Below are positions 13,761 to 23,890 of a stretch of DNA of 64,000 bases, piece by piece (the stretch's first letter is position 1; every line of letters begins with the position of its first letter). Below the pieces are notes generated by a model, which did no database searches, was not told the DNA's origin, and saw only the letters and a list, made by a program, of their open reading frames with translations. A program made the position numbers and the translations under genes. Origin of the DNA: Octopus vulgaris (taxonomy: Eukaryota); contig OX597817.1 in NCBI GenBank assembly GCA_951406725.2, positions 112,220,001-112,284,000 on the forward strand, given 5' to 3'.

Positions 13761-13830
13761 TGTATATATGTGTGTGTATATATATATATGTGTATATACA
13801 TAAACGTACGTACATATATATATATGTATG

Positions 13831-13915
<85 letters not shown>

Positions 13916-13960
13916 CAAACTTACTTAGAAATGGATGCGTGCGTTCTGTCGTGTAATAAC

Positions 13961-14322
13961 AAATTAATAAATAAAACATATGCATATATACATACATATA
14001 TGTACGTACCTACATCTTCATGCATATATACAGGACACCAAAAAAACGTCGAATACAATGAGAAACGAAAACATAAACACAAAACCAAGGAACTGGATAT
14101 TTTTCTTAAACAACGAAAAAATAGAGTACAGGACAAATAACACAAGGGAAATTCCCCTTCTTGAGTCGCCATGGTTTCATCTACTCCGCGTTTCGGTTTT
14201 TGTTTCTCATTGTGTTCGACGTTTTTTGGGTGTCCTGTACCCATATATGCATGTATATATACATGTAGATGTAAGTACGTACATATATGTATGTATATAT
14301 GCATATGTTTAATTTATTAATT
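13961..14322. repeat. Imperfect inverted repeat (arms ~13961-14070 and ~14195-14322) between (TA)n tracts
   Basis: The arms are reverse complements, e.g. caggacaccaaaaaaacgtcgaatacaatgagaaac versus gtttctcattgtgttcgacgttttttgggtgtcctg. Confidence 0.85.
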
Positions 14323-14515
14323 TGGTATATATATATATATATATATCTGTAAATGTAATATGTGACAATTATTCGGTAGCCATAATAAAACCCCGAGTTT
14401 CGGATGCCGAGGTGGAAATCCACGCCGCTATTTCTTCAGTTATCCGGCCATCGGAAAAATGCTATGAAAAATGTTCTGTCTTAACATTTTTATCAATATA
14501 TATATATATATAATA

Positions 14516-14720
14516 GGCGCAGGAGTGGCTGTGTGATAAGTAGCTTGCTAACCAACCACATGGCTCCGGGTTCAGTCCCACTGCGTGGCATCTTGGGCAA
14601 GTGTCTTCTGCTATAGCCCCGGCCGACCAATGCCATGTGAGTGGATTTGGTAGACGGAAACTGAAAGAAGCCTGTCGTATATATGTATATATGTATATGT
14701 GTGTGTGTTTGTGTGTTTGT
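14516..14720 (+). mobile_element. SINE family A, 5' half
   Basis: ggcgcaggagtggctgtgtg...ggttcagtcccactgcgtggcatcttgggcaagtg. Confidence 0.9.
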
Positions 14721-14795
14721 CGAGGGAGAGTCCGAGAGAAAGAAAGAGTAAGAGAGTGGGAAAGGGAGAGAGAAAGGAGAGAGAAACAAACGGAG

Positions 14796-14796
<1 letters not shown>

Positions 14797-14829
<33 letters not shown>

Positions 14830-15060
14830 GATTAACGTCCGTTTTCCGTGCTAGCACGGGTTGGACGGTTTGACCGGGGTCTGGGAAGCCAGAAGGCTGC
14901 ACCAGGCTCCAGTCTGATCTGGCAGTGTTTCTACAGCTGGATGCCCTTCCTAACGCCAACCACTCCGTGATTGTAGTGGGTGCTTTTTCGTGCCACCGGC
15001 ACAGGTGCCACGGGGGGAAGGGCACTGGCAGCGGTCACGTTCAGATGGTGCTTTTCACGT
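14797..15060 (-). mobile_element. SINE/LINE 3' portion with (ATG)n tail
   Basis: GC-rich block containing ggatgcccttcctaacgcc, abutting (CAT)n at 14797-14829. Confidence 0.6.
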
Positions 15061-15147
15061 GTCGAAAGGATGCAACAGAAAATAACAACCACACTCTTAC
15101 CCGCGCGTTAGAGCGGGTCACCTTAAGCTAGTATATATATATATATA

Positions 15148-16190
15148 CTAGCAGAATTGCCCGGCGTTGCTCGGGTCTGAATTCCTTGAAAGTACTGTTA
15201 ATGATTGCACTGAATTATGATGATTATTCAGGCAAATATTGATATAAGTTTACGGTGGGAGATAAGGACTTAACGATAAAACGTGTGCCATTGCATTGTT
15301 TTGGGGGAACCAAATTTCTGATGAGCATTATAGGGGCACCAACTTTAAGTTTGAGAAAGTGTGGTGGTAGTCCGGGGTGCTCAAAGGAATTGAGTACCTC
15401 TATTGGATAGTTGATGACGTCCTCTGGGTCAGGAGTTGTATCGATAGACTGATATACATAGACTTCCCCAGGAATGAGTTTTAGCATTTCATCATTAATA
15501 TGGTGAACAGTTTTATTCCTCGGGGCCAGTATAGCCTTTTTGCTAATCCAATCCATATTCTGATAATTAGCTTGTAGATCTGCGAACACTGCATCTCTGA
15601 GATCAGAAGGCGTCTTAACAATGGTACAAATGGAATCTTTTGATTCTGTAATTCATATTATACGAGACGTTAATTATGGGTGGGTATTGCGTTATATTCA
15701 TGCTAATGGGGCATCTTTTTTTTATTTGTTTATATATACATATTGGTCGTGGTTTATATTATGGTTCCTATATAAGTATTTATACTTGAAATATTGGGGT
15801 AGTATTATATATTTTGGTTATGTTAACTGGATTTGTAGGGTATGTTTTACCATTTTCATCCCCTGGTATTTTGCCTTCGCCAAGTGCAAGGAGGGTGTGA
15901 GGAAATGCTGCTGATGTGATATTACGTCGCATATGAGCATGCATATTGGTGTGAAGTTTGAAAGTTACTTCCCTTTATTTAAAAAAATATGCATTAAAAT
16001 GGAAAAAAATGATGGTAAATTATTTGTAAAATCATAGACTCATCGTAGACGCGCGCTAATACCCAGAAGGGCTCGATATGAATCACAACTATAAGATACC
16101 CGGTTTTGGTTAAACTGCATCGCAAAATGTGGGAGTAGTTAGGAATCTAAATCGGAGTAGACAGACACACAACCTTTCTTTTATATATAA
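15148..16190 (-). mobile_element. Helitron derivative with PIF1-type helicase fragment (may extend to a TC start at 17336)
   Basis: Minus-strand 3' end: hairpin cccgagcaacgccggg then CTAG|T. ORF 15224-15589(-) has AILAPRN...LPPHFLKLKVGAPIMLIRNL...CNGTR. An upstream piece at 15850-15975 reads LHTNMHAH...[15 protein letters not shown]. Confidence 0.9.
15636..15853 (+). pseudogene. cytb: NUMT: mitochondrial cytochrome b fragment
   Basis: In the invertebrate mitochondrial code (ATA=M, TGA=W), with one 1-nt loss in the T-run at ~15716-15723, it reads [73 protein letters not shown]. Confidence 0.96.
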
Positions 16191-16194
16191 ATAT

Positions 16195-16870
16195 TTTCGT
16201 CCTAAAAAACTTTGTATGGATTGAATGGTTACCTCTATGGAAATATATACACGCACATTATACATACATCTGTGTATAGATGAATATATAAATACATTTA
16301 AATATCTATATACACTTTTGGGCGATCTTTCTTTTTCTTAGAGATAACTTTAGATCTTATATTCGTCCTAAAAAACTTTGTATGGAGTGAAAGGTTACCT
16401 CTATGGAAATATATACACACACATTATACATACATCTGTGTATAGATGAATATATAAATACATTTAAATATCTATATACACTTTTGGGCGATCTTTGTGC
16501 TACTTAGAGATAATTTTAGATCTTATATTCGTCCTAAAAAACTTTGTATGGAGTGAAAGGTTACCTCTATGGAAATATATACACACACATTATACATACA
16601 TCTGTGTATAGATGAATATATAAATACATTTAAATATCTATATACACTTTTGGGCGATCTTTCTTTTTCTTAGAGATAACTTTAGATCTTATTTTCGTCC
16701 TAAAAAACTTTGTATGGAGTGAAAGGTTACCTCTATGGAAATATATACACACACGTTATACATACATGTGTGCATAGATGAATATATAAATACATTTAAA
16801 TATCTATATTCACTTTTGGGCGATCTTTCTGCTACTTGGATATAGGTCTTATATTCGTCGTAAAAAACTT
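16195..16870. repeat. Tandem satellite, four units of 166 bp
   Basis: Anchor cctaaaaaacttt recurs at 16201, 16367, 16533 and 16699, with a partial anchor at ~16859. Confidence 0.95.
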
Positions 16871-17340
16871 TCCTGTCACACACTCACGCACACACACACA
16901 CACACACATCCTCACACACACACACACACACACGCACACACACACACTCACACACACGCACACACACACGTTAGCTTACAATTTTATTTATATATTTGCG
17001 TGTCTATGTGTGTAAAGTGGAAGTGGGAATGTAGAGTGAAATAGTCACTCACTACAGAAAGTGAATTAGTTTCACTTTATTCGTTGCACACTGTGTGTGT
17101 GCGTTTGCGTGTGCTGTATCCCACACTAAGAGAAGCATTTGACTCATACACCACAATGTGAGTTTTCTCTAAATTTTGCTTAATTGGGGTTGAAATTTTA
17201 AAAAGTGGACCTGTCACGACCCGATGCATTCTACTCTTAAAAATGCTAGGTAAATTGTAATTGAAGAAATCCTATATTGTAGATTTCTATAAGATACAAA
17301 GGGAGGCAGATAAAATCTGCCTTTTATAATAAGAGATGCT

Positions 17341-17530
17341 ATGCAAATTAAGACTAATTTAGTCAAATCTATATTCAAAACTATAAATAAACACTTTGAT
17401 AAGAATAGCAGGTCCTCGGAAATTATTAATAGTAAAACAATAAAGATAGACTATAGTCTGACACATAACTTAGCTAGCATCATTTCCTCCCTAAATAATA
17501 AAAAACTAAGTACTTTTTATTTGGATAGAA
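17341..17530 (+). mobile_element. Penelope-like element fragment (RT to GIY-YIG linker)
   Basis: IKTNLVKSIFKTINKHFDKNSRSSEIINSKTIKIDYSLTHNLASIISSLNNKKL resembles the PLE motif TNIGKxFLxLIDKHF...NTVKVSYSCxxNxxSIIxSHN. Confidence 0.7.
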
Positions 17531-17741
17531 GTATCAATAATAACAATATCAATAATAACAATAATAATAATAATAATGAAAATAATAATAAAAATAACAA
17601 CCTCAATAACCACCCCAAACATTGTAATGATAATAAAAACTATTTTAACTATTCTCAGTGCATTTTCAACTTTAGGGTGGTTATTGAGGTTGTTATTTTT
17701 ATTGTTATTATTATCATTATTATATATATATTTATATACAC

Positions 17742-17795
<54 letters not shown>

Positions 17796-17999
17796 TCGTC
17801 AGAATTTTGGGAAAAATCCTTTCATTTCTTCATTATTATTAGTACTTTTGTTCCTTTCTAGAACTTGTCAAATAAAATTTTATTTGACAAGTTCTAGAAA
17901 GGAAGGAAATCGCTAATAATAATGAAATAAAAGGATTTTTTCTAAAATGCTGACGACTTTATTCTCAATATTCAATTTCTGTACATCACACCTAACACT

Positions 18000-18095
<96 letters not shown>

Positions 18096-18134
18096 GCACG
18101 CACGCACTCACGCACGCACACACATATACATACA

Positions 18135-18290
18135 CACAGTAGGCTTCTTCCTGTTTCCGTCTATCAAATCCACTCACAAGACTTTGTAGGCCCGAAGCTA
18201 TAGTAGCAGACACTTGCCCAAGGTACCACGCAGTAGGACTGAGCCCAGAATCATGTGGTTAAGAAGCAAGCTTCTTATCACATAGCCACT
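18135..18290 (-). mobile_element. SINE family A, 5' half
   Basis: Aligns to 11435-11594. Confidence 0.85.
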
Positions 18291-18839
18291 AAATTACTAT
18301 CTTAGAATCAGGAAATATCGCCTCTCTGCACGAAAGTACAGCTCATTCCAGAGTACATTAGGAGGTAACGATGGAGACTTTACGCAGTTACACTATTTGC
18401 TAAAAGTAGCGATTAAAATTAACGTAAAATCAAACCTTACTATCATACAAAAAAAAAATCAAGGCCACTTTGGTAATATAGCCCTAGTTATATTATGCAT
18501 GAAAATGCAAAATAAGATGTCCATAACTGGAGTGCTTCTGATCCTTTTCACTAGTAATGACCTTTGGCTAAACAACTAGCCAACACCAGAATGGTCGATC
18601 AGTATTATTATTCACACTTTCTCTTCTCAATTGTTTTTACAGTTTTGGCTCTTCTGAACTAAACTTCCTAAACTAAAGAGATTTTATGTACCTGAGTCCG
18701 CTCACTTCATCTTTCTGACACGGTACTCTACCTTCTTCATATATATTTTCCAGTAATTTTCACCATTTACGCCTTTTTCTTGCCAGAAGCAATGTTGTTG
18801 GGGCGGTGAAAAGACATTATTGTGCTCTATTACTAATAA

Positions 18840-18856
18840 CTAATAAATGAATAATG

Positions 18857-18915
<59 letters not shown>

Positions 18916-18949
18916 TAATAGTAATAATAATAATAAATAATAAATAATA

Positions 18950-18980
<31 letters not shown>

Positions 18981-18995
18981 TCACAATAACAATAA

Positions 18996-19051
<56 letters not shown>

Positions 19052-19085
19052 ATAATAATAATAATGATAATAATAATAATAATAA
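18840..19085. repeat. Compound (TAA)n/(CTA)n microsatellite
   Basis: Direct reading. Confidence 0.97.
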
Positions 19086-19120
19086 AAGGAAAGTTAAAAT
19101 AAAAATGTTCACACAAAATT

Positions 19121-19445
19121 GGAGATATTAAAGTTTCTATTTTTTTTTAGATGTTCGTTTGTATGTCCGTTCAGAGAAGACTGTAGTGTTTTTGCAATAA
19201 AAAGGATGTTTACATTTTCGAATACTCAGGGAGAAAGGAAAGGAAGAAAAAGGAAGGTAAAAATTTTAGAGAATTGTAGATATTAAGGTTTTAAAATTTA
19301 TTGGAGATGATCTTTTGTCTGTCCGAACAGAGGAAACTGTAGTGTTCTTGGAATATAGAGGATGTTTACGTTTCCGAATACTCAGGGAGAAACGAAAGGA
19401 TAGGTATCCACAGAAGTTGTAGATATTAAAGGTTTTAAAGTTGAT
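19121..19445. repeat. Diverged ~145-155 bp tandem duplication upstream of the R4-like LINE
   Basis: gatattaa...ctgtagtgtt...ggatgtttac...gaatactcagggagaaa occurs twice, plus a partial third start. Confidence 0.75.
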
Positions 19446-19599
19446 CGTCAATGTGTTCGAAAAATGTAGGTATGTAAGTTTCATAACTTATTTTGAGGGA
19501 AATTCAAAATACTCACAGGAAATTGTAGATATTCCAGTCTTTAAGAAATATTTTTCAGTTGTCCTGCTGGGTTGTATTAGTGTTTCTGTGTCTTCAGTT

Positions 19600-22500
19600 G
19601 CTGATAGGTCAGAGCAGCGAAAAACACGTCCAGCCGCAAAATATTGTAAATAACGGTGGTAATGAAACTGGAGCCATTCATGGTGACAGTGTTGCACCCG
19701 GTAGGCTCAGAGATTCTGATCCGGCTCCAGCCTGTCGACATCCAGAAAGAGACCACCAAACACGCCGTAGATGGAGCAAGCAAATTAATGCTGTGGTCAT
19801 GGAGTGTTACTACTTGAGCAGCCCGGTAGATGAAAATGGTACTCAAATTAGGAGTTACCGACAACGTATGTATGACCATTAGAGGGAAAAGGGAATGTTT
19901 CAATTCATGAGACTATATGATCAAGCTAGAGCAATACGAAAAAATCGTTGGTTCACAGAAGTAGAGCTCGAAGCCATCAAAAGACGGGTCTTGGAAAATA
20001 GCAGCAGAGATAACGATGAAAATACAGTTCTTACTAATAAGAATAATCCCATAGCACAGGAAAGGAACAGTAGAAGTCGACTTGATGCGAGACATATAGA
20101 TGATCTAAAAAAAGACAATAAAACTAATGGCGGCATGACATGAACAAAAGGCAATCTACGACAGATTAAAGGTAAGACTACAGAAGAACGATAGCGACAT
20201 TATTTGCAGCCTTAAAAAGGTTGATCAATGTAAACTGAACCAAGAAACGAAAAATGTCAATGATACTCTGAAATGCATCAGAACAAACACATCACAGAAA
20301 CAAATAATTTGATCAAAGCAGCAAGTATTGTTGTAGCAGAAAACGTGGGTGTTGATGTCAAGAAAAACAAATATAATGGGAGTGACAAAAGAAAAGACCC
20401 ATGGTGGAAAAAAGGAATACATGCAGGGTTAGATATCTTTCGAAGGAAATTTCTGCGTTAGACCGAAAAGAGAAAGAGAAGCTTAAAAGTGAGCAAAAAT
20501 ACAGGGCGCTGAAAAGGAAGTATAATATTGTAAGAAAGAGCTTGAAAGTGGTAATGGAAGGACTGAAATAGCGCCTCGTTGCAAAGAAAGCAAAGATGGT
20601 AAGATACGACCCAAAAATTAAGGGTTACCACCAGAAAATGTTATTCAGAGTAGATCAGAAGAGATTCTATAAAGAAATAAATGGAGAGTGTACAGATGAA
20701 AAGTTGATACCAGATAACAATGAAAGTCAAAGGTTTTGGAGTGACATCTGTAGCAAAGACAAGGAGCACAAGAAGGATGTTGAATTGTTGCAAGAAATGA
20801 AACAAACAGTAGTTTGTCCAAAACAGGCAGAACTAGTCATTTCAGTCAGGGAAGTGAAGGAAATTAACAAAAAAAAAAAAAAAAAAAAAAAAAAGAGCAT
20901 TTGGAAGGCCCCGAGACCAGATGGAGTTCAAGGGTACTGGATCAAAAGATTTGGTGAATGTCATGCACGAATAGCTACGCAACTCAATACCTTGTTAAAT
21001 GCCGGCCAAGTAACACCAGAGTGGTTGACATTGGGTAGGACAGTGCTGCGCTTGAAAAACAGCTAAAAAAGCAATACGGTAGACAATTACAAGCCGATAT
21101 CCGGTTTGCTACTTATGTCGAATTTATTGACTGGAATACTCGTAGAGTCAATGTACGAACATCTGGAAAAAATGGAGTCCTGCCACATGAACAGAAGGAT
21201 TGCAAGCGTAAAGGCAGAGGTACCAAGGATCAACTCCTGATAGACAAAACTGTACTTAGAGACTGTAAGAGGAGGAAAACTAACTTAGCCATGTCATGGA
21301 TCGACTATTGTAAGGCGTACGATATGATCCTACATTCTTGGATTATGGAATGTATGAACCTATTTGGTATTGCATAGAACGTTGAGCGACTGCTTGGAAA
21401 AAGTATGGTGAATTGGAGGACGGACTTGATAGCATACCGAAGAAGTCTAGGGACAGTAGAAATTAGGAGGAGCATCTTCCAAGGGAACTGCCTGTCCCCA
21501 CTGATCTTTGTACTGTGCTTGATACCACTAACACTGATTTTGAGGAAAGCAAAAGCTGGGTGTGTATTCAAAAGCCGCCAACAAAAAGTCAACCATTCGT
21601 TATTCATGGTTGACCTGAATCTTTATGGTAAAGATGAAGCCCAAGTCAGTTCCCTCGTTGATACGGTGTATACCTTCAGTGCTGATATCAGAATAGAGTT
21701 CGGACTGAGAAAATGTGGTATGTTAGTCTTGAAGAGAGGCAAAATCAAATGTATGGACGGGCTAACGATACCGTCGAAGAAGGTTATGAAGCAGATAGAA
21801 GAGACAGGCTATAAGTACTTGGGGATTTTGGAAATCGATAAATTGATGGAGAAAGAAATGACAGAAAATTTAAGGTGGAGTACTTACGTAGACTGAGACT
21901 AATCCCTAAGTTGAAATTAAACGGACAGAATAAGATCGAAGCTATCAACACCTGGGCGGTTTCACCCCTTAGATATGGAGCAGGGGTAATCACTTGGACA
22001 GTAGACGAACTAAACAGCTTAGATAGAAAGACAAGGAAGTTTCTAACTAGATATGGGACACTCCACCCAAAAAGTGACACAAACTGTATATACCAAGGAA
22101 AAGAAGGGGAAGGAGACTTATTGGATGCGAGCACAGCATTAGAGCAGAAAAAAACAACATAGTATGGTATGTAAAAACAGAACAGCTATTATTAGAAGTA
22201 AGACTTGTGTAGGATGAAAGGTTGCAAAGATAAAGCACTGTACAAGAAATCGAAAACGAATGAAACTGAAAATAGGTGGGTAAAGAAAAGAATGCATGGT
22301 CAACTTCATAGGGATGTTGAAGATAAGACAGACAGAGAAAAAGATGGCTGTGGATGACTAAAAGTGATTTAAAACCGGAAACGGAGGCTCTAATCTGTGC
22401 TACCCAAGAGTAAGCACTAAGAACAAACTACATAAAATACAGAATAGACAACATCAGAAAGTGAAAAGTGCAGAATCTGTGAACAAAATGGCATATTACC

Positions 22501-22950
22501 AGCCAATGTACGCCACTAGCCCTGAAAGAATTTAAGTGACGCCTCGACAATATAGCAAGGCTTGTCCATTGGACACTTTCCAACAAGTATGGTCTTGACA
22601 GAGCAAAAAATTGGTATGACTACAAACCCGAAGGCATCGTCGAAAATGAAAATGCAAAGATCCAATGGGATTTTATGATTCAGTGCGACCATGAGATAGA
22701 GAATAGGAAGCCAGATATAGTCTTAATTGAGGAAGAAAACAAACTAGGCTGGATCATAGATATAGTATGCTCAGCTGACAACAGGGTATGCGATAAGGAA
22801 GAAAGAGAAGTCGAGAGATATGACAGGTTAACTTGGGAAGATAAGCAGTTGTGGTCGAAGAAAAAGGTAGCAGTAGTACTAATAATTGTCGGAACCCTGG
22901 GAACAGTGAGTAAAAATCTCGAAAAGTACGTGGAACAAATAGAACAAATT
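19600..22950 (+). mobile_element. Near-full-length R4/Dong-like RLE LINE, pseudogenised
   Basis: N-terminal VMECYY..SYRQRM; WKAPRPDGVQGYWIK; WIDYCKAYD; IFQGNCLSPL; LFMVDLNLYG; YKYLGILE; zinc-knuckle region ~22470-22550; RLE RKPDIVLIEE..IIDI. Confidence 0.93.
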
Positions 22951-23059
22951 AGAAATACCAGATTTGGGAGTCATTTGGGACCGCGAAATTCTGTGACATT
23001 CACTTTTTCATTCTCAAGTATTGTAGCTATTTTATCCAGCTGTGTGTACACGTTTTTTT

Positions 23060-23710
23060 TTTAAAGTATAACCTCTCAACAGAGCTGGTGGATGTTGCAG
23101 AAGTTTCCTTCTGAGTCTCTGATTCCTATAAAAGTTACCGAAACAGATAGTGACAGATTCTTAAGGAGGCGACCACACTTATTGCTTTACCGTTCAGAGC
23201 ATCATGTCAAATGCGATACCTTTCCAGACAATATTTTTAGATGGATTATGCAATGCACATCTTAACGTTGTGTTTAATTCTGATGTCTTTTTTTGAAGCA
23301 GTGCTATGACATCGTTATTTTGTTCAACTGTCACCGGCGATCCATCGAGTATTACGAATATCAACTTTGATATTTCCAGATTCATATCTATAATACGCTG
23401 GAACAATGCTTTAAGAATGTTTTTTCCTACCGTTGTACTCTTACTATGTACCAGTTGAATAAATTTCTCAACTGTATCGAAAATTGCGTTTACTCCACGT
23501 ACAAGCAACAAGCTGAGCTGCATCTATGATCTCTGTTTTCTTATCAAACGCCAACGAACAAAGCTGATAAAATTGGTAATAGTCTTTCAAGGGAATTTTC
23601 AGATTACTGACGTCTGTTCTATTTGGCATGTAAATGTTCATGAACTGATACAACTTCCTTTTTAAGCTTATTTCAGTTATTAGACTGCAGCCAAGCTGGG
23701 GTACCGCCTT
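23060..23710 (-). mobile_element. Heavily decayed hAT (GTF2IRD2/Buster-like) transposase fragment
   Basis: SLAFDKKTEIIDAAQL (ORF 23468-23719) and ILDGSPVT...LRCALH (ORF 23194-23523) correspond to hAT catalytic-D and CxxH regions. Confidence 0.65.
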
Positions 23711-23714
23711 GAAG

Positions 23715-23890
23715 AACATTTAGTCGAATGAATCGACCCAGTACCTATCTTTATCAAGCCTGGTGTTGGGAAAGATAGGTCTCCTCCGCCGAACCGCTAA
23801 GTCACGGGGACGCAAACACACACACACACTGGTTGCTAAGCGACGACGGGGACGAGAACACAAACACAAGGACACACACACATGTATGTG
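23715..23890 (-). mobile_element. SINE family A, 3' part
   Basis: Aligns to 11205-11350. Confidence 0.8.

Larger units (their letters stand above)
13394..15131 (+). mobile_element. Non-autonomous Helitron carrying nested inserts
   Basis: Begins A|TCtatatatataaag with a gtctgt tract; ends with hairpin acccgc-gcgttaga-gcgggt then CTAG|T at 15128-15132. Confidence 0.7.

Noticed and set aside
15621-15914. 97-aa ORF as a functional cytochrome b or nuclear gene
   Set aside because: Only ~72 codons are cytb, they are frameshifted and need the mitochondrial code; the rest is antisense helicase.
16195-16870. CRISPR-like array
   Set aside because: The units are wholly repeated with no unique spacers, there are no cas genes, and the context is eukaryotic.
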